Assembly (NCBI GenBank): GCA_938005615.1 | Contig: CALLMV010000005.1 | Span: 8,323 to 72,322 of the forward strand | Length of the DNA stretch: 64,000 bases | Source: an uncultured Verrucomicrobiae bacterium | GTDB lineage: Bacteria > Verrucomicrobiota > Verrucomicrobiia > JADLBR01 > CALLMV01 | Direction: 5' to 3' | Shown: one piece after another, positions 11,160 through 21,247 of the stretch | Numbering within the stretch: position 1 is the stretch's first letter | Layout: each line of letters begins with the position of its first letter | Notes under the pieces: model-generated | Databases searched by the model: none | What the model saw: the letters and a program-made list of their open reading frames with translations, nothing else | What the model was told of the DNA's origin: nothing | Translations under genes and position numbers: made by a program

Positions 11160-12664
11160 GTTTCCGTGAGAATATCACCTCCGGATCTGAGAAAGGCTCT
11201 GAAAGTGACTGGTCTCCCGCTCCCATCAAAGCGAATACGGGCAGCCGCTCTCCATTCGCGTATTTCCGGAATAAAAGTTGCATACTGATGGAAAATCGAA
11301 GCTCCCTCTGAAGCTGAAAACAGCACATCAACCTCCGCTGAATCATCTAAAGTGCTCAGAGTCCCACCAGCGAAATTGAGGATCACTAATCGTTCCAGCG
11401 GTTCTCCTGGCACGCGCCCCAAGCGAGTCATCGTGCAAAAACCTCCGGGAGAGAGTCCCGCTTCATCTGTAGTCCAGTGAATGTTGTACGAAAACCGGAA
11501 CTCATCTCCCGCTTGGAATTGTTTGTCCGGAACCCAAAAGGCAACGATGTTATCTTCATATTCGTTCCTACTGGGAATTTCCACTAATCTCACTCTGCCT
11601 TTGCCCCAGTCATCCAAAGGCTCTACCCAGGCAGAGGGTCTTTTGTGATACTGTGCTTCAGTATCCTGAAAGCTAAAGAAATTTCTTTCGCGCTGTAAGA
11701 GTCCAAAGCCTATTGGTGACACACACATAAAGTCCTGGTTACTCAAAGTTTGAGGATTATCTAGAGGCCTCCAGATCCATTCACCAGTGCCGTCCGCAAC
11801 CAACAACCCATCAGAGTCATGTACTTGGGGGCGGAAGTCCCCATCTTTGCGAGAAGAATGTGCGCCAAACCAAAACATACTAGTGAGCGGGGCGAGACCA
11901 AGCAGTTGGATTCTCTTGCGGAAAAATACGTGCCCATCAACGCGCACCACTGTGGATTTCCCAGGTTTAACTTGAAAGCTGTACGCGCCAGTCAAACTCG
12001 GACTGTTAAGCAAAGCGTGAATAGTTATGTACTCAGAATTCACTAGCGGTCGCTCTATCCAGAATTTTTCAAATACTGGGAACTCCTCTTTCTGCCCTTG
12101 TAAGCCGCAATTGATTGCTAGCCCTCTTGCGGAAAGGCCATAAATCTGACCCTGGCCCAAAGCTCGAAAGTAACTTGCACCCTGAAACACAATTAGCTCA
12201 TCAAACACTCCAGGACGGTTCAATTGGTAGTGGATACGAAAACCTGAGAATCCTCCTTCTGCTGCCAATTCAGGTGTGATCCCACTGTTGCCGTAATTAA
12301 AAAGTGCTGGCGAGAATTTCACTTCTGCAGTCTCTCTTGTATCCGTTGAAAACACCCTAATCAGACTTCTGTTAACCCAACCGGCTAAAAAAAACTCCAC
12401 CCGAAAGGGAAGACCGTCCTCCAACCACAATGCCCGGGATTTATCGAAGCGAATTTCCCTGGCCTGGTCATACTGCATGTCAGCTAGTGGCCCTTGGTTT
12501 ATTGCAGGGTGCGGAATGTAATTTTTTTTGGAAAGATCTCGAGCTTCATGCACTACATCTTCAAAACTGACCTTAACGGATTGCCCATGCAGTTTGATTG
12601 AGAAATAAATAGCAAATGCCAGGAGTAAAAATGCAGAAAGCCTAAGAGTTTTTGCGTTAAGCAT
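11135..12664 (-). CDS. opgG: periplasmic glucan biosynthesis protein OpgG/MdoG
   Basis: Signal peptide; block VKFSPALFNYGNSGI...GFSGFRIHYQLNRPG..DELIVFQGASYFRALGQGQIYGLSARGLAIN...EEFPVFEKFWIERP aligns with the E. coli MdoG core. Confidence 0.85.
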   Translation of the reverse strand: MLNAKTLRLSAFLLLAFAIYFSIKLHGQSVKVSFEDVVHEARDLSKKNYIPHPAINQGPLADMQYDQAREIRFDKSRALWLEDGLPFRVEFFLAGWVNRSLIRVFSTDTRETAEVKFSPALFNYGNSGITPELAAEGGFSGFRIHYQLNRPGVFDELIVFQGASYFRALGQGQIYGLSARGLAINCGLQGQKEEFPVFEKFWIERPLVNSEYITIHALLNSPSLTGAYSFQVKPGKSTVVRVDGHVFFRKRIQLLGLAPLTSMFWFGAHSSRKDGDFRPQVHDSDGLLVADGTGEWIWRPLDNPQTLSNQDFMCVSPIGFGLLQRERNFFSFQDTEAQYHKRPSAWVEPLDDWGKGRVRLVEIPSRNEYEDNIVAFWVPDKQFQAGDEFRFSYNIHWTTDEAGLSPGGFCTMTRLGRVPGEPLERLVILNFAGGTLSTLDDSAEVDVLFSASEGASIFHQYATFIPEIREWRAAARIRFDGSGRPVTFRAFLRSGGDILTETWTHTLVP

Positions 12665-12858
12665 AATCCATTTAGCTTGTCGTATTAGATGCTACCAAGA
12701 GCTAAAAAAAGAAATTTATGTGAGTGTAATGACTGCAGGATCAGAGCAAACCTCTAGACTTGTGCTTGGAAATCTTTGAAAAATTTGGATTAGTGCTGAC
12801 GCTCTGAATTTAAACCACAGTTGACTAGATGCTCTGAAACCTCGCAAAAAACAATTGC

Positions 12859-13374
12859 ATGAGACGTAGACACATCACCCTAGTTGGCATGATGGGTTGC
12901 GGAAAAACTGCAATCTCTCGAGCACTTGCTAGACTGCGATACATGGCTTGGGTCGATACAGACGAACTAATCGCATCTCGTGCAAGAATGTCGATTCCAG
13001 AAATTTTTAAACTTGAAGGGGAAGCAGGCTTTCGCAGCCGAGAGCTGGAGGTCGTAGAAGACACCGTGCTTGAACCCCGGCCTCAGGTCATTGCTACTGG
13101 AGGTGGTGCCTTCACCCAGCGCTTTGCGCGTCAGGTTCTCCTGAGCACGTCCGTCGTAGTATATCTGCGTGCGTCTGTAGCTACACTTGCAGCCAGGGTG
13201 GCAAAGGGCAGTGGACGACCTCTCTTGGACTGCTTTACTGATCCCGAATCGCAAATAAAAAATCTTCTTAATGAACGAGAAATTTATTATCGGCTAGCCG
13301 ACTTGACGCTGGATGTTGATCAGGGCAACATAGAGACTATCGCAGAGATTCTTGCGGAAAATCTACCAGCTTAA
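12859..13374 (+). CDS. aroK: shikimate kinase
   Basis: Walker A LVGMMGCGKT, then DTDELIA...GEAGFRSRE...ATGGG. 171 aa. Confidence 0.85.
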   Translation: MRRRHITLVGMMGCGKTAISRALARLRYMAWVDTDELIASRARMSIPEIFKLEGEAGFRSRELEVVEDTVLEPRPQVIATGGGAFTQRFARQVLLSTSVVVYLRASVATLAARVAKGSGRPLLDCFTDPESQIKNLLNEREIYYRLADLTLDVDQGNIETIAEILAENLPA

Positions 13375-13419
13375 GTAAAGACGATTGTTCCTGTGTAGTT
13401 CAAGGTATCTGTTCTCTAG

Positions 13420-13425
13420 TATAAT
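13420..13425 (+). promoter_or_regulatory. perfect TATAAT -10 hexamer 5 nt upstream of the PhoU-like ATG (possible leaderless start)
   Basis: tagTATAATttgacATG. The -35 is weak. A transcription start 6-8 nt downstream would coincide with the ATG. Confidence 0.2.
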
Positions 13426-13430
13426 TTGAC

Positions 13431-14129
13431 ATGCAAAATAGAGAGGTTGAAGCCATTCGCGAAATGGTGCTAGAAATGCAATCTCGTGCCAAGGAAATGC
13501 TCCAGTTGACTGCAGCGAACTTCTGGGGACCCCAATCCCCCGAGGCATTGGACACCATAGAGAAGTCAGATCAACATTTGGATAAAGCCGAACGCGAAGT
13601 TGATGATCTAGTGTTGCGCTGTTTGGCCTTGCGAAGGCCGGTTTCCCGAGATTTGCGATTCATGGTTGTTTCCACTCGCATTGCGTCGCACTGGGAGCGC
13701 GTGGGCGATGAGGTAACCAGCATTGCAAGACACATGAGGCATTTGAAGAGCCCCATCACCGGAATCAGGGCAGAGGCTCTACGAAAGATATTCTCCCTTG
13801 TACTCTCTGCGCTGGAACAAGTACGTCCACTGCTCGCCTCAGATGAGTATGGTGAGGCACTGCAACTGGTCTCCCAAGACAAGGAAATTGATGTCTTGAA
13901 CAAAAAAATCTTTACTCAAGAGACGAGTGCTATCTGTGATGAGCCTACAATGGCTAGCGATCATGTTCGTGTTTTGCTTATCTCTCGCGCTTTGGAGCGG
14001 ATAGGTGACCACGTAAAACACATCGCACAAGATATTCACTTTATGCACCACGAGGAAGACATTCGACATACTGCCCCAAATGCAAACGAGCCTCAAAATA
14101 CTACCGCTTTTGATTTTCCTGAGGTTTAA
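13431..14129 (+). CDS. PhoU-domain phosphate-signalling regulator homolog
   Basis: Two PhoU repeats, e.g. LRRPVSRDLRFMVVSTRIASHWERVGDEVTSIARH and ERIGDHVKHIAQDI. Not adjacent to pst genes. Confidence 0.7.
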   Translation: MQNREVEAIREMVLEMQSRAKEMLQLTAANFWGPQSPEALDTIEKSDQHLDKAEREVDDLVLRCLALRRPVSRDLRFMVVSTRIASHWERVGDEVTSIARHMRHLKSPITGIRAEALRKIFSLVLSALEQVRPLLASDEYGEALQLVSQDKEIDVLNKKIFTQETSAICDEPTMASDHVRVLLISRALERIGDHVKHIAQDIHFMHHEEDIRHTAPNANEPQNTTAFDFPEV

Positions 14130-14234
14130 TACGTTGGTTTTGTTTCGTTTGCCCGGAGATGTTGGAAGAAAATTGAGTTATCCGCCCAGAGCCGAACTAT
14201 CAACATTTCGATAGCCTTTATTGATTCTGCTAGC

Positions 14235-14714
14235 CTAGGGAGAGATTTTGAGCCTTTCACCATTTTGTTCCTTACTGTGGATCACTCCCTGTTCTTTGTA
14301 GGTTTTCAATTGGAAATGTGTTGCAGTACCGCGAACTCCTTCAATGGTCGAAAGTTTTTCTGATACAAAACTGGCTACATCCCGCAAACTAGACCCTTTG
14401 ATTGTGACTAACAAGTCATAAGCTCCGCTCATCAGGTAACATGACACGACCTGCGGATATCGTGCGATGCGTTCAGCCACTTTGTTGAATCCACCATCAC
14501 GCTCAGGGATAAGTTTTACTTCGATTACTGCTTTAACGACTTCACGACCTGCTTTTTCATCATCTACTATGGATTTATGCCCGAGGATCACACGATCCTC
14601 CTCAAATTGCTTGATTTTGTGCCGCACATCCTCTGGGCTGATACCAAGGTATTTGGCGAGGGTTTCATCGGGTGTACGAGCGTTTTCTTCAAGTAACTTG
14701 AGCAGATCATCCAT
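14235..14714 (-). CDS. Lrp/AsnC-family transcriptional regulator
   Basis: N-terminal HTH (LLKLLEENARTPDETLAKYLGISPEDV) plus a C-terminal RAM/AsnC_trans_reg domain. 159 aa. Confidence 0.8.
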   Translation of the reverse strand: MDDLLKLLEENARTPDETLAKYLGISPEDVRHKIKQFEEDRVILGHKSIVDDEKAGREVVKAVIEVKLIPERDGGFNKVAERIARYPQVVSCYLMSGAYDLLVTIKGSSLRDVASFVSEKLSTIEGVRGTATHFQLKTYKEQGVIHSKEQNGERLKISP

Positions 14715-14785
14715 AACTTATTTTAGCTAATCGTGCTTGGCATTTAAAGGCGGAGTTCCCCCGCACTTCAAGCAGAAGTGTTGCC

Positions 14786-16114
14786 TTGCGGAAAATGTTA
14801 GGGCAAACTTACCTAGTGAAAACTGAACAATCCGCAGGCAACAGAGAGCAGCTCCCGACAGAGCTATCATCATTTGCGGATCTTGGCCTCGATGAGCGAA
14901 CTTGCAAAGTCGCAAAACACCTCAACTGGCACTGGCCGACACTTGTACAAGCACAAGTAATCAAACAGGTTTTGTCATTCAAAAATCTGGTGACAATTGC
15001 ACCAACAGGAACCGGTAAAACCGGAGCGTATGGCCTTCCTCTCCACACACTCTGGCAATCAATTCGAACGCCCCTCGAGCCTTCTCGCCCCTGGGCTGTC
15101 GTTCTCGTGCCCACGCGGGAGCTGGCTCTTCAGGTTACACGTGTTTTGAAGGGCATTTTTCGTGATCAGGAGCACCTCGTTTCGGCTCTTGTTGGTGGTG
15201 TAGGTTATGCGGCTCAGAGAGAGGCACTAGCATCTGGTTTGGCAATTTTAGTCGCCACACCAGGCAGGCTTGAGGATTTGGCTCAGCGTAACGAAGTTCA
15301 TTTCGAGCGATTACAATTTTGGGTGCTTGATGAAATGGATAGGATGTTGGATTTCGGATTTCGGCACGTGGTACGAAGGCTGGTGCGTAGAAGTCCCGAG
15401 AGCTCAGGTGCGCGTATTCTGATGTTTTCCGCGACAGAAGGTGACGCTCTTAAGGTGATTCGTGAACTAGGAGTTCGAAATGCTGAACATATCTCTATTA
15501 TTCACGATCAGTGTGTCCCTCCGACATTGAGTGAGGCTGTTTACGGCGTGAATCAAGGCAAGAAAATAGCTCTGGCCGCAGCAATTATCCGTGCATGGCA
15601 TCCACGTCGCACAATCGTTTTTCTTCAACGGCGAGAAGATGTGGAAGAAACAGCTATGCGATTACGACTCGAGGGCTTGAGCGTAGTGTCACTACACGCG
15701 GAATATAGTATGACGGCGCGACGTGATGCGGTGGATAGATTTTCCTCCGGAAAAAACTCCGTGCTCGTGGCCACAGACATTGCCGGTCGTGGTATGGACA
15801 TTCGTGGTGTGGAATTGGTTATCCACCTGGATGTACCGCCAACCTTGGAGGAGTATGTTCATCGCTCAGGGCGCACAGCGCGAGCCGGCAACCCAGGGCG
15901 TGCAATTATTATTGCAGATAAAAACGATCTTAGAGACGTCGAACGGCTAGAATCCCGGCTGGGAAGACGTCTAGCACGCCGTAGGTTAGCTGGCTTCGAT
16001 TACGGGCGGATTACGCCTAATCTTCCCAAGATCAAAGTCTCGCTCACTGGCAGACAAATCGGGGGCAAAAATACAGTTCTGTTTGCCAAACCCGTTAAAC
16101 TACTCAACAGATAA
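14786..16114 (+). CDS. DEAD-box ATP-dependent RNA helicase
   Basis: Q-motif region, Walker A TGTGKTGAY, PTRELA, DEMD (DEAD variant), SAT, HRSGRTARAG. Confidence 0.85.
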   Translation: MRKMLGQTYLVKTEQSAGNREQLPTELSSFADLGLDERTCKVAKHLNWHWPTLVQAQVIKQVLSFKNLVTIAPTGTGKTGAYGLPLHTLWQSIRTPLEPSRPWAVVLVPTRELALQVTRVLKGIFRDQEHLVSALVGGVGYAAQREALASGLAILVATPGRLEDLAQRNEVHFERLQFWVLDEMDRMLDFGFRHVVRRLVRRSPESSGARILMFSATEGDALKVIRELGVRNAEHISIIHDQCVPPTLSEAVYGVNQGKKIALAAAIIRAWHPRRTIVFLQRREDVEETAMRLRLEGLSVVSLHAEYSMTARRDAVDRFSSGKNSVLVATDIAGRGMDIRGVELVIHLDVPPTLEEYVHRSGRTARAGNPGRAIIIADKNDLRDVERLESRLGRRLARRRLAGFDYGRITPNLPKIKVSLTGRQIGGKNTVLFAKPVKLLNR

Positions 16115-16116
16115 CC

Positions 16117-17007
16117 ATGTCATCTAGGCGCAAAATTAGCTCCACGATGCGGTATCATATCAAAGATCATTTTTCTTATACCAAAACTTGTAGCGCAAAT
16201 TTTCTCAAGTCTTGCCTCTGGATTTGGCGACCTTTTGCATTCGCACTTTTAATTTTACTCATGATGGTATGGTGGGTACCGCTTCCAAGAGAGTTGGATC
16301 ATCGGTTAGTTGAACGGGAAACACTTTTTGATAACCGCGGATTGCTCGTTATCTCTATACCTAACTACGAACCCAGACGATTTTACCCAATTGAAATTGA
16401 AGATATGGGGACATGGGTGCCAGAAATGGTCGTAGCTCTTGAGGATCATCGTTTCTACACCCACAACGGCGTTGACGTAGTTACACTGTTTGGTTCTCTC
16501 TTGAGGAACTTACGTGCGGGGCGCCGTGTTTCCGGAGGGTCGACGATCACTCAGCAAGTCATCAAATTGGCTGAAAAGAAGTTCGAGGAACGGACAATTC
16601 CTAGAAAACTTTATGAAATGGCTGCTGCTCTACGTTTGGAGCGCAAGTGGACCAAACAACACATTCTCGAGGAGTATTTGAACCGTTTGCCGTTTGGTAA
16701 CGGACTCATCGGGGTTGAAGCTGCCGCCATATTTTATTTTGGAAAGAATAGCTCTCAGTTAAATCAGCCTGAAGCTATATTCTTGGCTGGGCTCCCGCAG
16801 GCACCTTCTCGATACAATCCCTGGAAGAATCCCGAAAGCGCTCGAGAGCGCTACCGCCGTTGTGTCACTCGCTTAGAACAGATCGGCGTACTTACGCGTG
16901 AAAAAGCCGACGATTATTACTACAACGTTCCCGATGTTCGTCCTGAACCACGCGAGTGGGACGGTCTAGAAGTCAGAGTAGCTCGAGCCAAAAAAAATGC
17001 CAAATAA
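16117..17007 (+). CDS. mtgA: monofunctional peptidoglycan glycosyltransferase (GT51)
   Basis: EDHRFYTHNGVD, GGSTITQQVIKL and RKL.E...ALRLE...K..ILE.YLN...FG are the transglycosylase motifs. At 296 aa there is no transpeptidase domain. Confidence 0.75.
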   Translation: MSSRRKISSTMRYHIKDHFSYTKTCSANFLKSCLWIWRPFAFALLILLMMVWWVPLPRELDHRLVERETLFDNRGLLVISIPNYEPRRFYPIEIEDMGTWVPEMVVALEDHRFYTHNGVDVVTLFGSLLRNLRAGRRVSGGSTITQQVIKLAEKKFEERTIPRKLYEMAAALRLERKWTKQHILEEYLNRLPFGNGLIGVEAAAIFYFGKNSSQLNQPEAIFLAGLPQAPSRYNPWKNPESARERYRRCVTRLEQIGVLTREKADDYYYNVPDVRPEPREWDGLEVRVARAKKNAK

Positions 17008-17055
17008 TCTCAAGTGCAAGATTCAAAATAATTACGGATCTCTATCACAAACCTG

Positions 17056-17724
17056 ATGCTGCCCATTGAGCCTCACAGTCGCCTTGCACAACCGTCGATA
17101 CCCCAGCCCATGCCTCGGCGTAAAAGTTATCTTTGGAAATTTACTTTTTGGCTGACTGTTACAGTGCTTTTAGCCCAGGCAGCATGGCTCGGAACAGTGC
17201 CTTTTTTCCGAGAGCGTCTCAGGACAGAACGCGCTATGCCGCGAGTGGAATGGCTCACCTGGCCATCGGAGATAGACAGTTTGCAGACCAGCAACTTGGA
17301 AACATCATTTAACCTTGCAAATGGCCCTCACTTAAAAAGTTTAAAAATCGTGTCTCAATCAGCTGGTGGCAGGTTAGGGGCTATAAAACTACGTGGTAAA
17401 ATTTGTTGGGAAAAACTACCTCGCATTGTTGAACCATGGAACATCCGTCTGGAAATGGCTGTGATCGCAATTACCGATGAACGTTTTCTCTCTACAACTC
17501 GCGGTAACATCCACCCAGAATTTTCCTCAAAAAGGCCCAACTGGAGCGCAGACAATGCGTGCGAGCAGGTGTCGATCTCATCAGATTTCATTTTGCCTCG
17601 GGACGGCAAATTTTATGGATATATTATCCGGGTGTTTTACAAAGAAGGTATGAGTGATATCATATCGCAGCCAGAAAACCTCGTTTACTACTTCCCGCTT
17701 CCAAAACCGAAATTCGAAAAATGA
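17056..17724 (+). CDS. hypothetical membrane-anchored protein
   Basis: Single N-terminal TM (FWLTVTVLLAQAAWL); 4-nt overlap with the downstream gene. Confidence 0.4.
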   Translation: MLPIEPHSRLAQPSIPQPMPRRKSYLWKFTFWLTVTVLLAQAAWLGTVPFFRERLRTERAMPRVEWLTWPSEIDSLQTSNLETSFNLANGPHLKSLKIVSQSAGGRLGAIKLRGKICWEKLPRIVEPWNIRLEMAVIAITDERFLSTTRGNIHPEFSSKRPNWSADNACEQVSISSDFILPRDGKFYGYIIRVFYKEGMSDIISQPENLVYYFPLPKPKFEK

Positions 17725-19907
17725 ATAAAAAAATTTCAATTATAGTTGCAGAACCCGACCCTCAATATCAGGACCTCATTGGACGCGAGCTGGCAGCTTT
17801 CAGTGAATTCATTCAAGCCTACCTTTGTAAAGGAGGTGTCGAAGCCTACCAAACCTCCCAAGCTTTGCCAGAATTAGATCTCCTGATCACGGAGGCCGTC
17901 ATGAGCGACCTAGACGGAATAAACCTCCTAGTAAATGTTAGGCAAACGAGGCCTAACCTGCCAGTCATTGTGCTTTCTGAGTATGATCTGTCTGACTATG
18001 CATCTTATTTAGGCGATGCTAAAGTCCTCTCAAAACCATTCCTGCCTGGGCAGCTACAGCGTCTGATGCTTCAGGTGATTCCAGATCTAGGAAACACACT
18101 AACTTCTCCGGCTTTCGCCCCTCAGCAAATGTTAGTTCCCCAAGCGACACCGGCAACTACAACTAACTTACAGCCTTATCCGCAAGCCGGACAAGCGATT
18201 TCCTCAGAGCGTGCTGCAACACCCATTTCCAGTCTGCCCTCTATTGCAGCGTCGCCAACAGCTACTCAAAGCCACCCAGCAAATCGCTTGCTTCTTCAAG
18301 AAGGCATGCAGATAAGTTCTTATGTTTTACAGCAACGATTAGCAGATACCGAATGGGGACCTGCTTTCCAAGCATCACAGGCAGGTGTCAATAGACCTGC
18401 ACAGATCATTTTTTATCAGAACCTCGGCACTTACTCTGCTCAGGAATTTATCAACTATTTCACACAACTTGCGGCCATACCACACCCCAATCTCATAACA
18501 ATCATCGAACTCGGTGATTTTGCTGGCCAGCCATTTGTTGCACAAGAACTCTGGCCAGGGCGTCCTTTGTCAGACTTCATTGCATCACAAATACAATTAG
18601 ACTCGCGCCAAGCTGCGTACCTTGCCGAACAGGCACTAAATGCCCTACGACAATTAGCCCACATTCCCTGCAGACAAATCACACCAAGCGATCTACTCAT
18701 CAGCAACACTGGTGTTCTAAAAATTACTCATTTACACCCTGTCCCTGGAGTGGCACCCGCCACAATGGCAACTCAGCTTTCTACATTGGCAACTATCCTA
18801 CGCAACACACTCAATCCCAACGCACGTGCCGAGCCGCGCCTTAATAGGCTGCTGGACGCCATGATTTCTGGATCAGTCTCAGTGGAGCAAGCCGCTTTGG
18901 CCTTCCACTCGCTTCAGATCGAAATGGCTCCGGTGCAACAACGCGCTGAAACCCAAGAAGCCAAACAAATCGCCGCACAAATTGAAAAAGAAGAAAGAAG
19001 CAAACGTACTGGTCTGATTATTCTCATGCTCACCATGCTAACGGTTACAGGTGCAATAGTTGCATTCTTCTATCGCGACGCAATTCTGGAACTCATCGGT
19101 AGCCAACAAGGAAAGGATTTTACAAATGACATGCAACGCATACCCGCTGGCATCGTACAGATGGAAATGCAAGATCCTGACAACCCTTCGGCTACCATTC
19201 CTATGACAATTAGCACGCCGGAATTTTGGATAGGCACGTTCGAAGTCACAATTTACGAATATGCCCAATTCATCAGGGCCTCACGTCAGCAAGGATTTGA
19301 CCGTGCCTCAATAATCCATCCCGACACACCGCCCACAGAAGACTTTATCCCACACAACTGGGATAAAATTCTCGCCGCCGCTCAAAAAAACGGATTCTTT
19401 GGCGACAGCCAGCTCACGCCTCGATCCCCTATCTTCAACGTCAATTACTACAGTGCCTATGCCTACGCTAAATGGCGAGGAAAGCGACTACCAACAGCGG
19501 AGGAGTGGCTAAAGGCTGCTCGCGGGCAGCAGGGATTTAATTACCCTTGGGGAAATGAGTTCGATCCCTCAGCCGCGAATATCGGTTTAGACTATATACC
19601 TGGAGATCCCCGTAAAGGCGGAGAGAAGGATGGTTACAACGGAATTGCTCCAGTAGACAGTGCAAGACTTGCAAAAGATACCAGCCCGTTTGGAGTGCGC
19701 CAGATGTACGGCAACGTCATGGAATGGACATCCTCCCCTGGAGGTCTGCGCCTGGGTCGCGAAACCATGCGGGTTATGGGTAACTCATTCAGTAGTGAAG
19801 TCGAGCGGCCTCTCTCCAGACCTGGCTCACTACCACTGAATCCTGTATCTAGTAACATCTTTACAGGATTCCGGCTGGCATCTGATAAACCGCCGGAAGG
19901 TAATTAA
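17721..19907 (+). CDS. multidomain signalling protein: atypical receiver (Glu at the phospho-acceptor position), degenerate protein-kinase-like domain, TM helix, and C-terminal FGE-sulfatase (SUMF1-like) domain
   Basis: REC fold with DLLITEAVMSDLDG (acceptor Asp replaced by Glu) and KPF. Kinase-like HPNLI...ELWPGRPLSDFI hinge, but the catalytic loop is IPCRQITPSDLLI (no HRD Asp) and there is no DFG. TM GLIILMLTMLTVTGAIVAFFY. FGE motifs RLPTAEEWLKAARG and GNVMEWTSS. Confidence 0.7.
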   Translation: MNKKISIIVAEPDPQYQDLIGRELAAFSEFIQAYLCKGGVEAYQTSQALPELDLLITEAVMSDLDGINLLVNVRQTRPNLPVIVLSEYDLSDYASYLGDAKVLSKPFLPGQLQRLMLQVIPDLGNTLTSPAFAPQQMLVPQATPATTTNLQPYPQAGQAISSERAATPISSLPSIAASPTATQSHPANRLLLQEGMQISSYVLQQRLADTEWGPAFQASQAGVNRPAQIIFYQNLGTYSAQEFINYFTQLAAIPHPNLITIIELGDFAGQPFVAQELWPGRPLSDFIASQIQLDSRQAAYLAEQALNALRQLAHIPCRQITPSDLLISNTGVLKITHLHPVPGVAPATMATQLSTLATILRNTLNPNARAEPRLNRLLDAMISGSVSVEQAALAFHSLQIEMAPVQQRAETQEAKQIAAQIEKEERSKRTGLIILMLTMLTVTGAIVAFFYRDAILELIGSQQGKDFTNDMQRIPAGIVQMEMQDPDNPSATIPMTISTPEFWIGTFEVTIYEYAQFIRASRQQGFDRASIIHPDTPPTEDFIPHNWDKILAAAQKNGFFGDSQLTPRSPIFNVNYYSAYAYAKWRGKRLPTAEEWLKAARGQQGFNYPWGNEFDPSAANIGLDYIPGDPRKGGEKDGYNGIAPVDSARLAKDTSPFGVRQMYGNVMEWTSSPGGLRLGRETMRVMGNSFSSEVERPLSRPGSLPLNPVSSNIFTGFRLASDKPPEGN

Positions 19908-19984
19908 CTGACGAAGTCTTTACTGTGGGCAATATCATTTTGAAGATCGGTCTTCTTTAAAAAACATATTTGCTATTTGCTCGC

Positions 19985-21244
19985 TTAACCAAAAACTAAC
20001 TTCGCCACGTGCTGGACATCTTTATCACCACGACCTGAAAGATTCACCAGAACAACGTCCTCAGGTGCTAGCCGCGGGGCGATCTTAATTGCCTCAGCTA
20101 TCGCATGAGCACTCTCCAGCGCTGGAATAATTCCCTCCTTTTCGGCCAAAGTACGAAAAGCACTGAGAGCCTCGTCGTCTGTGGCATAGGTGTAAGTTGC
20201 CCTCCCCATCTCGTGCAAGTAGGCGTGCTCAGGTCCAACCGCAGCATAATCCAAACCAGCAGAAACGGAGTGTGTATTTAAAATCTGACCGTCTTGATCC
20301 TGAAGCACAAAAGAGCGGGTCCCCTGCAGCACACCCAGGCTTCCTCCATGAAAACGAGCAGCATGCTTGCCTGGTTTAATTCCCTGGCCGCCAGCTTCCA
20401 CACCAACAAGACTGACTTGAGTGTCATCTATAAATGCGCTGAAAATCCCGATTGCGTTCGAGCCTCCACCCACACATGCAATCACAAATCGGGGCAGCCT
20501 CGCCTCCCGCTCAAGAATTTGACTGCGTGCTTCTCGCCCAATAACTCGGTGAAACTCCCGAACGATCACCGGATAAGGGTGAGAACCATATGCTGTACCT
20601 AAAATGTAATGTGTCGTCCTAATGTTTGTGACCCAGTCACGCATTGCTTCGTTCACCGCTTCTTTGAGCGTGCGTTGGCCTGCAGTCACGGGCACGACTT
20701 CCGCACCCAAAAACTTCATTCTCGCCACATTTAATGCCTGCCTCTCCATATCCACTTCGCCCATGTAGATAGTGCATTTCGCACCAAAGTGAGCCGCCAC
20801 AGTGGCTGTCGCGACTCCATGTTGCCCGGCACCAGTCTCGGCTATTACACGATTTTTGCCCATACGTTTTGCAAGCAGCATCTGGCCAATTGCGTTATTG
20901 ATTTTATGAGCGCCGGTGTGGAGTAGATCCTCGCGTTTGAGATAAATCTTTGCACCCTTGAGTTCGCGACTAAGCCTTTCGGCATAATACAGGGGGGTAG
21001 GACGACCGACAAAATCCCTGAGCAATTCATCGAGCTGGGCGCGAAAACTACTGTCGTTCATCGCCTTGATAAACTCATGCTCCAGCTCTGTAAGCGGAGC
21101 ATGCAAAGTCTCAGGGACAAACATTCCACCGTACTGGCCAAAATATCCGCGCTTTGTCTGCGAAGTAAACGGATCGTTGTGCTCTTGGTTTGCAGGTTCA
21201 GCGAAGTTTTCTGAACTCTGTTTGATCGCAGTAATTGTACTCAT
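19985..21244 (-). CDS. trpB: tryptophan synthase beta chain
   Basis: [32 protein letters not shown] (PLP lysine), [10 protein letters not shown]. Confidence 0.9.
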   Translation of the reverse strand: MSTITAIKQSSENFAEPANQEHNDPFTSQTKRGYFGQYGGMFVPETLHAPLTELEHEFIKAMNDSSFRAQLDELLRDFVGRPTPLYYAERLSRELKGAKIYLKREDLLHTGAHKINNAIGQMLLAKRMGKNRVIAETGAGQHGVATATVAAHFGAKCTIYMGEVDMERQALNVARMKFLGAEVVPVTAGQRTLKEAVNEAMRDWVTNIRTTHYILGTAYGSHPYPVIVREFHRVIGREARSQILEREARLPRFVIACVGGGSNAIGIFSAFIDDTQVSLVGVEAGGQGIKPGKHAARFHGGSLGVLQGTRSFVLQDQDGQILNTHSVSAGLDYAAVGPEHAYLHEMGRATYTYATDDEALSAFRTLAEKEGIIPALESAHAIAEAIKIAPRLAPEDVVLVNLSGRGDKDVQHVAKLVFG

Positions 21245-21247
21245 AAT

